NCBI RefSeq assembly: GCF_026571515.1 | Contig: NW_026857904.1 | Location: 1-64,000, forward strand | Length of the DNA: 64,000 nucleotides | Source: Ruditapes philippinarum | Lineage: Eukaryota | Reading direction: 5' to 3' | Shown here: positions 14,153 to 27,372 of the stretch, piece by piece | How positions within the stretch are numbered: the first letter of the stretch is position 1 | Layout of the letters: every line of letters begins with the position of its first letter | The notes under the pieces: model-generated | Databases searched by the model: none | What the model was told of the DNA's origin: nothing | The model's input: only the letters and a program-made list of their open reading frames with translations | Made by a program: the position numbers and the translations under genes

Positions 14153-14365
14153 AGACATCTCTTTATCCACGGAAACAGCTCATCTTATAATACATAAAAC
14201 CAGTTCTATAAAAAAGAAACCAGTCAAAAAACCAAAGTACTGTTTTGGTAAATGAAAACCAGTCAAAAATAATTATAATAAAGACCAGTCAAAAATCTGT
14301 GTGGTATAACAATTTTATTGAGCTAAATTTGTGTCATTGACATGCCCAGCTTTCAATTATGAAGT

Positions 14366-14587
14366 AATCATTGATATTTTCAAGGAATCATTGATATTTT
14401 CAAGGAATCATTGTTATTTTCAAGGAATCAGTGTTATTTTCAAGGAATCAGTGTTATTTTAAAGGACTCATTGTTATTTTCAAGGACTCATTGCATTTTT
14501 CAAGGACTCATTGCTATTTTCAAGGACTCATTGCTATTTTCAAGGAATCATTGTTATGTTCAAGGAATCATTGTTATTTCAAGGAAT
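14366..14587. repeat. 20-bp minisatellite (~11 copies) just downstream of the PIGU stop
   Basis: Unit AATCATTG(A/T/C)TATTTTCAAGG repeated in tandem. Confidence 0.9.
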
Positions 14588-15865
14588 TTTAGCATCAAAT
14601 ACCTGAATTAAGCAGCTGACATCACAAAGTTTGTTGTGTCTTCATAGAAGAGCAGGCTGTTATTTTCTTGTGACATTTAGAGAAAATTAAAGAGGAGTCA
14701 GTGTTATTTATATATTGAAGACTTTCTGCAGCACACTTATAGATCTGGTTAAACTACATAAGTAATGGAAATAAATGCATTCCAGCATTGTATTGTATGG
14801 TTTGTTCTAGCATTGTGCAATACAATCTTGGTGCCCTTTATAGAATCTTATCTGTTACAGATTATTGTTGTTTTGCGTACATGGACATTTGTATCTTTTT
14901 TCTCTATCTTCTCTATGTCACTACAGCACTACATATTTGATTTTGTTAGTGAGTGTTCTAATCCCACTTTATGTAGATTGTTAATTAATAGACTATTTTT
15001 TGTAGCCTCTTAATGATTTAGAATCTTGCTACAGATGTTAATTTATTTGGTGTGAAAAGCTACATTGTATCTGGCTAGCCATCAAAGACTGACTGTTCCT
15101 CTTTGAGGTTCCTTTGTGGTCAAATGAGGTCTTTTTAAATCAGTAAAACAGTTGATATTGTATATTTTATTCCATGCTGGATGATAAATGAAAATGTTTG
15201 TGTTAAAGTGACGTTATTCTCATTTTTTCATTATCGAGCTTGAGTAAAATAGTTGTATTTTTTAAAATATTTACCATTCTAATGGCGACTGAACCATATT
15301 TAATAATTACAAATATTTCGGATAAATTATAAAAACTGCCTAAAATATATAAAGACAGTCCCACTCTTTTTATAAATTGAATATTACGAATGATTAACGA
15401 AGGATATTTATTGGTATTGATGAGGTCACTTGGTTATTGATTATTCAAGTGACATTTATTTTAAAACTGAAAGCAAGTATAACAAAATGTAAAGTTATTT
15501 AAATTTTACCTGAACACTCACTTTTTGCTCTTTGTTGGGCATAATGTCACTTTAAACCTTTTTAATGAAATCCTGTGTTATTCAATATTGTTATGGATAT
15601 TTTGTTCAATAATGACACATTACACATACATATATTTCAAGATGTTTTGGTGTGCTTTGATCAAAAGTGTTGTAAAATTGCAGTAGTTTGTTTATTGTTG
15701 TGTAAGTGAAAATGAAATGAAAAATTATGTATTTGCACAATTACAATCCATTCCAACAAAGTAATTCCATACCAATTGCCTGGTGTGACAGGCCATGGTT
15801 ACTTAAAATAATATTAATGCAGACAAGTTTTTTTTTGTGTTTTCTGCGTTGATACAAATTGATTT

Positions 15866-17690
15866 TTATACGCCCGTTTGAAAAACGGGACGTATTATGG
15901 GAACGCCCCTGGCGGGCGGTCGGGCGGGCGGCGTCCAATTTTGTCCGGAGCATATCTCCTACATGTATGGAGGGATTTTAATGAAACTTCATAGAAATGT
16001 TCACCACTATGAGGAGCAGTGTCGCGCACATGAACCAGGTCTCTAGGTCAAAGGTCAAGGTCACACTTAGAGCTCATTGAAAAATGCTTGTCCGGAGCAA
16101 AACTTCCACATGTATAGAGGGATTTCAATATTACTTGGCACAAATGTTCACCATTGTGAGGCGGAGTGTCACGCGCAAGATTCAGGTCCTTGCGGCCAAG
16201 GTCAAGGTCACACATAGAGGTCAAAGTTCAGATAAAAATATGAAGATGTGTATATGGACCATTTAGTCATCATTTATTGAGGGATTGTAACACAAATGGT
16301 CATTATCAAGACTATGGCTGTGATACATATAATTTAGGTCAATATATACAAGGTCAAGGTCACTAAAGATGATGAAATATCCAGATTTTGTCCGGAGCAT
16401 ATCTCCTACACACATGGAGGGATTTTAATGAAATTTCATAGAAATGTTCACCATTATGAGAAGCCATGTCACGCACATGAACTAGGTCAAAGGTCAAGGT
16501 CACACTTAGAGCTCATTGAAAAACGCTTGTCCGGAGCAAAACTTCCACATGCATAGAGGGATTTCAATATAACTTGGCACAAATGTTCACCATTGTGAGG
16601 CGGAGTGTCGCGCACAAAATTCAGGTCCCTGCAGCCAAAGTCAAGGTCACACATAGAGGTCAAAGTTTAGATAAAAATATGAAAATGTGTATAGGGACGA
16701 TTTAATCATCATTTATTGAGGGATTGTAACACAAATGGTCATTATCATGACTACGGCTGTGACACATATACTTTATATATGCAAGGTCACTAAAGATGGT
16801 AAAATATCCAGATTTTGTCTGGAGCATATCTCCTACATGTATGGAAGAATTTTTATAATACTTTATGGAAATGTTCACCACCATGATATGTATTGCTCCA
16901 TGCATGATCCAGGTCTCCAGGTCAAAGGTCAAGGTCACACTTAGAGCTCATTGAAAAACGCTTGTCCAGAGCAAAACTTCTACATTCATAGGGGGATTTC
17001 AATATAACTTGGCACAAATGTTCACCATTGTGAGGCTGAGTGTCGCACACAAAATTCAGATCCCTGCGACCAAAGTCAAGGTTACACATAGAGGTCAAAG
17101 TTCAGATAAAAATTTGAAGATGTGTATAGGGACCATTTAGTCATCATTTATTGATGGATTGTAGCACAAATGGTAACTATCATGACTACAGGTGTGACAC
17201 ATTTAATTTAGGTTAATATTTGCAATGTCAAGGTCACTGGAGATGATTAAATATCCAGATGTTGTCCGGAGCATATTTTCTACATGCATGGAGGAATTTT
17301 AATGTTACTTTATAGAATTGTTCACCACCATGAGACGTAGTGCCCTGCACATGAACCAAGTCTCTAGGTCAAAGGTGAAGGTCACAGAGCTCATAGAAAA
17401 ACGCTTGTCTGGAGCAAAACTTCTACATGCATAGAGGGATTTCAATATAATTTGGCACAAATGTTCATCATTGTGAGGCTGAGTGCCGTGCATAAAATTC
17501 AGGTCCCTGCGACCAAGGTCAAGGTCACACATCCTGTGCATATCTTCCCTACTGATTTGTTTTAAGGTTCATTTAACAACACAGTGCCAAGAATAAAAAC
17601 TTGCTTGCTAGATAACACTTATCCATAATGCCCCAATCTCCATCTAAAGCTTTCGTAAACGGGCGTATTTTGTGACTATGGCACCCTTGT
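15866..17690 (+). mobile_element. HINE-type element with a three-subunit higher-order tandem array
   Basis: SubTIR ATACGCCCGTTT and 3' AAACGGGCGTAT, (GGGC)n microsatellite, ~430-450-bp period built from three ~150-bp subunits, CTTGTT end. Confidence 0.8.
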
Positions 17691-18822
17691 TATCTAATGT
17701 AGTCTGAATTGAAATATTACTGATTTACATCAAATTGGCTCTTTTATCCATTACATTTTGGCTGACTTAAAAAAGATATAATTATAAATAAAACCTGCAT
17801 GTTGAAATTTATGTAAGGCAGTTTAAACCATATAATTATGTTGTAGATGTCCTTCACCTTTATTTTGTACCTTTGTATTGTTTTGATGTTTTTGATTGTT
17901 GTATTTTTTGAATACATGTATTTATTTATAGCTGGTTTTGTTATTAGTGTGTCCACTTCCAGGCATGAATTATTTTAGTTATCATCACCTTAGTGCAGTA
18001 ATGAGTAAACTCCTTATATAATGTAATAGGAGTTAACCCATTTCTGCAACAAGGTGACATTATGTTGCCATCTTTATTTGTACATAGTTGGTAGATTGGT
18101 ATCATCGTCAGATACCCACAGCCAAACCATTAACATTTATGACTGTTATGTTACATGTTAATCTCCCATGGGTATCCGACAAAGATTGGTATATGGTTAC
18201 AGGAATAGTAAAAACAATGAAATAAGGTAACAAGTGAAACCCTATAATAACATCAAGCTTTGTTCCCTTTATTTCAAAATAATGTGGAAATCCTTAATAT
18301 AGCACAGACACGATTCCTTCCATTGTCAGGTACCCGTGTATTATCATGTAATATGTTAACCTACATGTTGTACGACAATGATTGAAAATTTGAAATACTC
18401 TAAAACTGACAGTAAACCCTGACACTGTACAAACTAATGAGTACTTTAGAAGTGTTGAATCCAGCAATAAATGGTTAGCTCCTTAACACATTTGACAAAT
18501 GTTAAATTGAGTGCTAAGCCCAAACATATGCTGGCTTAATTATAAGGTACATTGTACTTTTTACTTCCCTTCCGTGACCAGACTTTGACTGGAGTTACAG
18601 TGTTGTCAAATAGAAGGGTACAATTCTTCATTTTGTCTGGTAATCTATGAAAACTAAAATTGGACACAGTATAAAAAGTGTATAGAAATAAATTTTAATA
18701 ACAGTTACATTTGTATAACAAATATGCATTTTCATGGCTTTGGTACAAATGAATAAATCTTAATTTACATACAAGAACTGACTCATTGTAATGATTATAG
18801 TAGTTTCATGTCTAATTGTCAC

Positions 18823-19090
18823 ACTGTGAATTCACTTGATTTTGTGAGCATTAAATTTCGTGTTTTTTGAAAAGGTACATTTTTGTGAATGTGAATGGGT
18901 ACATTTTTGTGAATGTGAATTGTAAATTCACTGATTGTTTTTGAAAAAAAATGTAAAACAAAAATAATGCAAGACACAAACAATCTTACAGTTCAGAAAA
19001 TTAAATTTTGTTGGGTCTTAACTTCATAGATTTCTCTGTCAAGAAAAAACACAGAAAATAAGTCCCACAAATAAAAATGATTTTGCAGTA
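18823..19090. mobile_element. Degenerate TA-type MITE
   Basis: CTGTGAATTCACTTGATTTTGTG ... CACAAATAAAAATGATTTTGCAG imperfect inverted termini. Confidence 0.45.
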
Positions 19091-19215
19091 TTGTAAAATG
19101 TGACATTTTAAATACAAGTTATGAATGAATATCACAATGTATCATCAATTATCATAGCACAAAAAAGGGTCCCTGATGAAAATCGCACAACAGGTGCTCT
19201 TGTAGTCACTTCATA

Positions 19216-22200
19216 TCATAATTTACTATCTTTATTATTAATTAAACCAAGGTTTACATTCTCCTCTTCTACAGATAGATCAGGTAGTACACGAGGCATC
19301 ATCCTTGGTGGCTCCACCCCAGGCTCACACTGGTACTTTGTGAAGTCTGTTTGGCCCTCAGAGCGTAAATAATCTTCGTCCAGTAACACAGCACCATTTA
19401 ATCTGTACATACAGGTGAAAAAAGACAATAGATGATGCTGATACATATGAATCCATATTTATATATTGTTAAACCTTGTTAAAATATTTTGCAGCCGGTT
19501 AAATATCTGGAAAAAAGGTGATCTCTCGGACGTAAAAACCATTGATACAATGTACATTACAAACAGAAATGCAACACCAGTTTACATTCCAGACACAAGG
19601 GTGATAGTAATTTTCTTTACTTCACTATCAGTATCACTATCTCATTGAAATCTTATACCCACAAATTATTTAACATCTATTGATCATAATAATAAACACT
19701 CATGTAAAATGAAAATGTTTCATGCCAAATATCTGAGCTTTGAGCTTTCTGCAAAGACGATTCTTGAAAATATTACTGTATACAAATAAGGAAAACCAAT
19801 GTTCACTAGGGCAGGACTATTTTGACCCAATGGCCATAATTTCAGCAACCCTGATAGAGGTCCTCATGATAATGTTTTGGTGCTCAGACCATTATTTCAA
19901 AAACATTGAAAAAAATCAACTACAAATAGATATGTTACATGCCAAATATATAAGCCTTAGACCTTGGGCTTTCAAAAGAGAAGATTTTATTAAGTTTTTA
20001 CTATAACATTTAATGAAAAAGCAGAGCTAATTCTTATTCTAGAGTTATAATTTGAGCAACTTTGGTAGAGGATCTCCAGATGATGTTATATGAAACGGAT
20101 GATGTTATATAAAACGTAACAAAGCTACGGAACTACCCAAGAATCATTACTATGTAGTTTAGTTAATATCCAGGCATTCGTTTCAGAGATTTCGTTTCAA
20201 GAAATTGTTGACCTCGTACAACACAAACGGAGAAGAGTGTGGGGTTACAATACTATGAGCACGTTTTGGTCACGTGAGCTAAATACAACAAAATAGAGCC
20301 TGCAAAGGCAAATAGAAAAAACACTAACTTGTCAGTTGGTTCATTTATAATACCCAGTACTGCATCAGCAAATATTTCAGGTGTCCTCATATGAGAGTTG
20401 GGTACATTCATCACATCTGTTACATGAGCTTTAATCACTGTAGCTGGCCATAATGTACTTATACTTACTCCTAGTTAACAAACAAAAATATATGTACTTT
20501 ATAATATAGTGCAAATTAATTTTTACATAAAAGCAAGTCTTGAATAGTGGTGAAATGATGCTTAAAACGACTTCAAGCTACACATGTCATTTGTAATGTT
20601 TCCACGACAATAAACAAAACCGACTCAACACGTACATTTTCAAAATTAGCTACATGTATGCATATGACCTTTAATGTGTTGGTATGACGTAAAACCCACA
20701 TCCCATACCCACTCCCACAATAGCACTGTATGATAGATCTCTATTGCAGAAAAGACGATACATGTATCTAGTACTATCGGCAAGTTTAATGCATCTTGAC
20801 CACAAAGTTTATGTGATAATATGTAGCAGCACAACGTGTTTCCCATGTCTGTTTTAGCATACAATCAATGTATATAAATAGTTTCTATAAACGGAAACAT
20901 TTGCTCACACAAAGCCAACAAAGTTTGCAAATGTATTATAGGTGTTATATTAGAAAGAAAAGAAGACGAAAACTAACCAGTGTCTGGCAGTTCATTTGCC
21001 ATTCCTTTAGCTAATATCGTCATTCCCACTTTACTTATACTGTATGGAGTTTTACCCTTGAAAAACCTGCAAAAAATCGTATTTAACTAAGCGACATTAA
21101 TACAATATTAATTGTGACTAAGAAACGCTAGGAGTGTGCCAAATTTCCATCTGCCTTTGTACAATAGTGTTTCTTGTAGAAGACAAGATATATACCAGTC
21201 AAAAAGTCTCAGCAAGGTATTAATAAAATAAGGTCACAAAAGTGATCTCTTTAGAAAAAAAATCTGGATAAAGTGTGATCCCTCAGAAGCATTAATCCGG
21301 CAAAGTTACATGAAAATTGCAGACTCGATTTAATTGAGTCTGTACATAGTCAAAGCTGGACCTTTCCGGACCCTACCATGGACCAAGCAGGGCAAATACA
21401 TTAAACAAATTCAGAAGGTCAATAATACAAAGTTTAGCTCAAGTATTTTATGGCGAACAAAAACCGGCCAAACATTTACCACGAGGCATCGCTGGCACCA
21501 AAATATGTTCCGCCCCGTCCAAACATACGGTCCACCCTGGTACGGTCCGCCATGTCTCACGGTCCGCCCTGTCTTACGACCATCGCTTACAGGTTCTAGA
21601 TTCAGTATACATGTAATCATTCACTAAAATAGGATACTGTTAACATCCTACCAGAATCTATTTAATCCACAACAAAAATACAGAACTACCTATTATAAAT
21701 AGGTGGCGCTACAAGCACGATTTTCCCGCGCTTTTGTTGAATCATCTTTGGCACGGCATTTAGCACCATCGCATACGCCCCACGAACATTCACATGCATC
21801 ATGAGGTCGAACCGCTTCATTGGCGTCTCAAGTACAGGTTTCCACATTATAGCCCCAGCGTTATATATGGCTGCATCAATACCACCAAATCTGTAAACAG
21901 AGGAAATGGTGAAGAAAAACATCTGTTTTGATTTATAATATTTATATTGGATTAGACTAATTAATATCTAAAGGTGAAGTGTAGCATATTGAGCGGGAGT
22001 CATGGATTGCTGAAAAAAAATCTGAGTACTTTTTACAGATGCTATGGTTAGCATAAAAATAATTATTGTTCAAAGGATATTTTGTGTCCTTTGGGGAGAT
22101 ATATATACCTTGAAGTCTGGACAAAACAACGATTGGCCAACATGTCAGTATAACCATCGTAAACAAGGGACACGTATTTGTGGCAGACTTAAGCTCCTTT

Positions 22201-23606
22201 GCTTTTCCGAAGGTATTTACTTGAAACCTTTCTTGTTTAAGTCACGTGACATGTGAGATCATATGGTTTGTTGTGCAAAGTCTTTGAAACTAAATCTTTC
22301 GGAACTCATTTAGGACACGGAACTCATTTAGGCGTGTCCGTCACAAAAGCAGATGCAGAAAGATTTGAAAAAGAAAGGGCTTTGTCTTGTATTAAGCCTG
22401 CACGAATTTAATTAATAAACAATTTTATATAAAAACAAAACAAGAAGTGTCATTTTAAGCAATGATAAAAGTAAAATCCAGCATGGCGTGTCGGGGAGGT
22501 ACTTTGTTAGTCACTTAGTCAAAAAGAAATCAATATCATTTCAAAGTTTTGGTAAAATACTCTCTGACTCATTACAGTCCGTTATAAGGTTGTATCTTAT
22601 GAGAATTATCTCTGATGGTGAATTGGTTAAGAATCATACAGCATTAACAAAATGAGGCAAAAAATATGATAAACAAGATCAACAAGGAAAGACGCAACCC
22701 CAAAACGACCCAGCAACAAGAACGATCTGGCTTATTGGGTAGATCAAAATCCTTTTTTCACATTTTATATAATATCGTCTATTTCAGTATCATTATTGTA
22801 AATTATTTATCATTTATTTATTTATTATAATGATTACTACTTTTTCAAACTAAAAAAAATTATCGGCCAAATTTGTTTTGATTCTCCGAAACTCCTCAGA
22901 GAAGCAAAGGGGGACCACTGCGTCGGAGTTTGATACCGATATATTTCAGGGAGATAATTCAGTGTGTAATACGACAAATTTAAGTATACCATTTAATTAC
23001 GTTGTCAGTCAACGCATTTCTGTACGATAATAATTCATAACCGTTCTGGTGAAATAGGACATCCTGATATATTATAATATATTATACTACTCTACATTTT
23101 ATCACCCGTGTTATAATCTTTCCAGCTTAATCTTAACAAACATTCGAAAATGACCTACTGAGGCATTACAGGGTCACTCGATGATAAAGTTACCAAATTG
23201 TTCATATCAACTCAACTTTTAAGCATAACAAGCACAAAAATGTTAAGACATCACATCAAAATTGTTTTTCAGAAATATATATTTAAAACATCCTAATGGT
23301 CCAAACGTCGACGAGAAAACAATTAAGCTACGAACTACTTTGGCCTTACCTATCTGTTGTAACGTTTACAGCATTTGCCACATCGTTTTCATCTCGACAG
23401 TCACATCTCACAGGAACAGCTATCCCGCCAGCTGCTCTTATCTCTTCGGCAACCGAGTTGATAGACCCAGGTAACGCAGACGACGTTTCTTCCGTCTTTG
23501 ATGCTACAACAACGGCGTAGTTATTTCTCGCTAGCGTCAAGGCGATTTGCCGCCCGATTCCGCGTGACGCACCAATAACTAAAGCCGCCTTTTGGGAAGT
23601 CATCAT
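19216..23606 (-). CDS. HSDL2-like short-chain dehydrogenase/reductase, 291 aa, C-terminal PTS1 (SKL), no SCP2 domain
   Basis: Exons 23606-23350, 21890-21690, 21066-20978, 20470-20329, 19402-19216, all GT/AG and phase-consistent (876 nt). Motifs GASRGIG, LPGSI, YNAGAI, catalytic YSISK, LWPAT, RTPEIFADA, LLDEDYL. Confidence 0.9.
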
Positions 23607-23787
23607 GCCTCACATCTGTAGCAAGAGATAAATTAAATTGTTTAATTAAGCATACCTTACACATAGAAATAGTTTACATATATTTTATATCCTTGAACCC
23701 ATAACATTGTAGTGAGTTAACACAAATATGATAACGCATAACGTTCGAATTTTTACACCCGCCAAATCTATACTCGTTTAATTTTAA

Positions 23788-24132
23788 AGCAGCACACCTC
23801 CAGATTTCTGCTAATTTTCATGAAAATTTTGAAAAAGTATCAAAAAGCAAAAAATTGTGAAGTGAACAATTAAAATAATTTACATATTGCAAACCGCACT
23901 TACAATCAATGTAATTTACCAAAAAAGAGGTCAAAATACTCAAAAAGCCCTCACTGTGTTAGTAACGCAGTAGAAATATCGTGAAAAATACTGGCAAATC
24001 GGTCACAAATGGCACATTCAATGGAAATTATTACTTTTATCTTGAATCTTTTTACATTTCTTAAAACGTCAGTTCATTTTCCTGAAGTTTGATTTTCTTC
24101 AAATATTTTATCTCATCTGGAGGCATGCGGCT
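23788..24132. mobile_element. Non-autonomous TIR element with TTAA target duplication (Kolobok-like MITE)
   Basis: TTAA|AGCAGCACACCTCCAGAT ... ATCTGGAGGCATGCGGCT|TTAA; 15/18 TIR match. Confidence 0.7.
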
Positions 24133-24650
24133 TTAAACGTTATTTTTGTCATGCATTTCCTTTTATTTTCTAACATGAATGGCAAATTGTTTGTTTGATA
24201 GGGTTTTACGTCACACCGACACTGTATATAGCGACGTTCCAGCTTTACTGGTGGAGAAATACCTCAGCTGCCCTTCCGTGAATTATTTCAGGCACGAACG
24301 GGCACCCTAGTAGAATCGCCGACGTCCCGGAAGCTAGCTGGATAGCTTCCGAATAAGGTCCCTGTCGGAATTTGAAGAGACAAATATTACAATCTAAACC
24401 GCAAACACATGTCAGATTATTTGTTCTTGCATATATTACAATATTCTATAACATTTAAAATGCTTTTCATGGAAATTAATGTCAATTCATTCGTAACTAT
24501 TATTGATAAACAAATTTACAAATAAAATTATTGTTTGTATTCAATTTGCATTAAGATTCAAAGTAACATTAGATCTATACGTGTTTTGTTGTTGACTTTA
24601 AGTACAGCAACCATATGCCATCAGTGACAAACGAATCTAATCTTTATAAT

Positions 24651-24840
24651 ATGGTGGCTGATTTGTGTCATGTCGTATTTTCTCGGCTAAACACGAAAAT
24701 ACGACAAAGTGGTGACTGTTGTATTATTGTGTTTTCGCCTTGCGCCCCCACGGAGCGAAAGTACGACAAAGTTATGACTTTGTGTTTTCGACTCACAACC
24801 CGCGGAGCGGAAATACCACATGGTACAAATCAGCCACCAT
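24651..24840. mobile_element. Short TIR element (ATGGTGGCTGATTTGT family)
   Basis: ATGGTGGCTGATTTGT ... ACAAATCAGCCACCAT perfect 16-bp inverted termini. Confidence 0.75.
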
Positions 24841-25359
24841 TAAATAGTTATTTTGATTAATTAAATGAACAGAATTGCTTCAAAATTTGCATGATTTTGC
24901 ATGAATATTTCTTTGAAGAATCTGATATATTCAGCATTCTGTGTACGTGGATGTCGTCCATTTTTTGTTATTTCTAAATTGTTTATGCGTCCGTTAGCCT
25001 ACAAGGTAGCATGCTTTTTGTTATCAAAATTAAAGAAAATTGTGTTCAAAAGGGGCAATTTGCATGAACGAACAAACAAACTATATTAATCTAGAAAAAT
25101 ATCTACAGATGTTCACTATATTGGATTCCGACCCTATATCGGACAGTACCACAGTACCTGCTGTTTTTTACTTTTTTTTGCGTTAGATAGATCTTATTCG
25201 GTTTTGAAGTTTCTCTCTAACATGGACAGTCTAAAGAGATGCTTATATAATATTCAAAACACCAATACGTTACTTAACTAGCTCTTACATATCACTTCCT
25301 CAAAATTGTATACTTCGAAACCTAAGCCTTATTTTATTCTTCCGTTCTTTTCATCTTTC

Positions 25360-25790
25360 TATGGTGGCTGATTTGTGTCATTCGTGTTTTTGCCCCGCGA
25401 CCCCGCCAAGCGAAAAGTTAAAAGTTAACAAGTTAAAAAGGCGGGGGCGCTGAGCGAAAACACGCTAATTAGTGAGGTCTCGGCGAAGTTTTATTGCTCG
25501 GAATAAAACTTCGCCCCGCGGGGGCGCGGAGCGAGATTTAAGAAATAAAACGGCAGGGTCGCGGGACGAAAACACGCTTATAAGCGGGGGCGCTGGGCAA
25601 AGTTTAATAAATAAAACAAGTTAAAATGGCGGCGGCGCGGAGCGAAAACACGCTAAATAGCGGGGGCGCTAATTAGCGTGTTTTCGCTCCGCGACCCCGC
25701 CATTTTCTTTCTTTAATCTGCCCCGCGACCCCGTAGCGCGAAGTTTTATTTATTTGGCGGAAACACGAATGACAAAAATCAGCCACCATA
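25360..25790. mobile_element. CpG-rich TIR element of the same family with internal repeated motifs
   Basis: TATGGTGGCTGATTTGTGTCATTCGTGTTT ... AAACACGAATGACAAAAATCAGCCACCATA; internal GCGGGGGCGC and GCGAAAACACGCTAA motifs, partly in both orientations. Confidence 0.8.
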
Positions 25791-26370
25791 TCATCTAAAT
25801 CTCCCTCACTCAAAAAATGTATACTTGGATACCTAAGCCGTATTTTATTCTTCCATTTTTGTATTTACCTTGAGTGAGCGTGCGTGGGTTTTAATTTAAG
25901 GCCCTCGTGAGATATGTAATCAATTTGCAGACGAAGTTTACAAAACGTGACCATGATGAAATTCCGCTTTTTACTAAACCGCTGATGGACCTACGTATGA
26001 TACTATTCGCCTTTCTCATCGATGTAAAGTTATCAGTAGAACTCACTTTTTCGCGTAACACTTCCATTCCCGTGATCCCGAGTTTTTGTACCTAAGAGTA
26101 CAATTAATGTACTATAAATATAATAACCTCATAATAAACCTAGTAAGATTGAAAGTAAACCTATTTTACATGTTCATGTGCATCATACTAAAGTAAAATA
26201 AAATAGTCGAACTGATTCACCAAAAAGTAGGCTTACATGACATTTTAGATCTGTCCCAAATAAACTTGCATATATTATTAATTGCTAGAACTACTAATAA
26301 TAGTACATAGATAAAGAAAGCTAATAATACGAATCAGAGATAATACTTATAATGCAATCAAGTCATTATA

Positions 26371-26976
26371 CTCGGTTCCTATGATATCAAGGGTTCTATG
26401 ATATCAAGGTATTTAAATTTTCTGTGACTGCTAGTAAAAGCAACACATGGTGATGCTAATATTTGTAAAACTTGCTCACTAGATTCATTTTCATCTGCCA
26501 ATAAATTTAATTTGGTGAATAATGAATGTATTTGTGGCAAGAAAACTATTTTATAAAACCTTTATATTTGACTACCATTTTCCTTAGTGGTTTTTACACA
26601 GTCAATTAAAATATGTTATAAACACATATACTGACATATAGTCTGTTCATATAGTTTTAATTTTATAGCAAGTTAACTGTTGGAAGTTTTTCACAACTTA
26701 ACTTGAAAGTTTTGACCCATCAATTCTTCCATATCTGCTTTTTTGGGGATTACCTTGATACCGTAGTAACCTCCTCTGAAATGACCCAAAATGGCAGGCA
26801 TTGAAAATATTCTAAAAAATGTCATTTTTATTGGTTCTTTTGAAATAATTTTATGACAAACAGTTCTGGAAAAGGTTCAATTATAAGATGGAAGAAAAAT
26901 CTCATTCATTTATGATATTTATATTTAAATATTTTCCGATAAACGTTAAGTACCTTGATATCATAGAACCCCGGGC
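26371..26976. mobile_element. MITE with ~21-bp TIR just upstream of the hydantoinase gene
   Basis: GGGTTCTATGATATCAAGGTA (26391-26411, preceded by a partial duplicate) versus TACCTTGATATCATAGAACCC (26951-26971). Confidence 0.7.
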
Positions 26977-27372
26977 TACTCTGTAGCAGGCACGTTTGCA
27001 TGGAACTGTTAATTAGTAAAAGAAGGAAGTAATACCGGTATACGATTTTATATTAGTAGATAATATAATAAAATTTCTACAACACTATTAGATCTAAGTT
27101 GAATAATGATATAGTTGCGCGGATATTTTTTTAACTCAAGCTGGAGCTAATCTACATCCACTTAAGCATATACATGTATATGACGCTTAATAAATAAGGT
27201 ATATCTGCGCGTGACCTAGGTCGTAAAGTAGGCTATTTAACCTTGACATTTTAAACTGAAATCGGGAAAACTGATCTGGTGAGCATTGAACTAGAACATT
27301 AGGCTACACGGATACACGCCTGAATAACGAAATAATACATGTTTAACTTTACTTACGAGCGTCTTCACAAAT

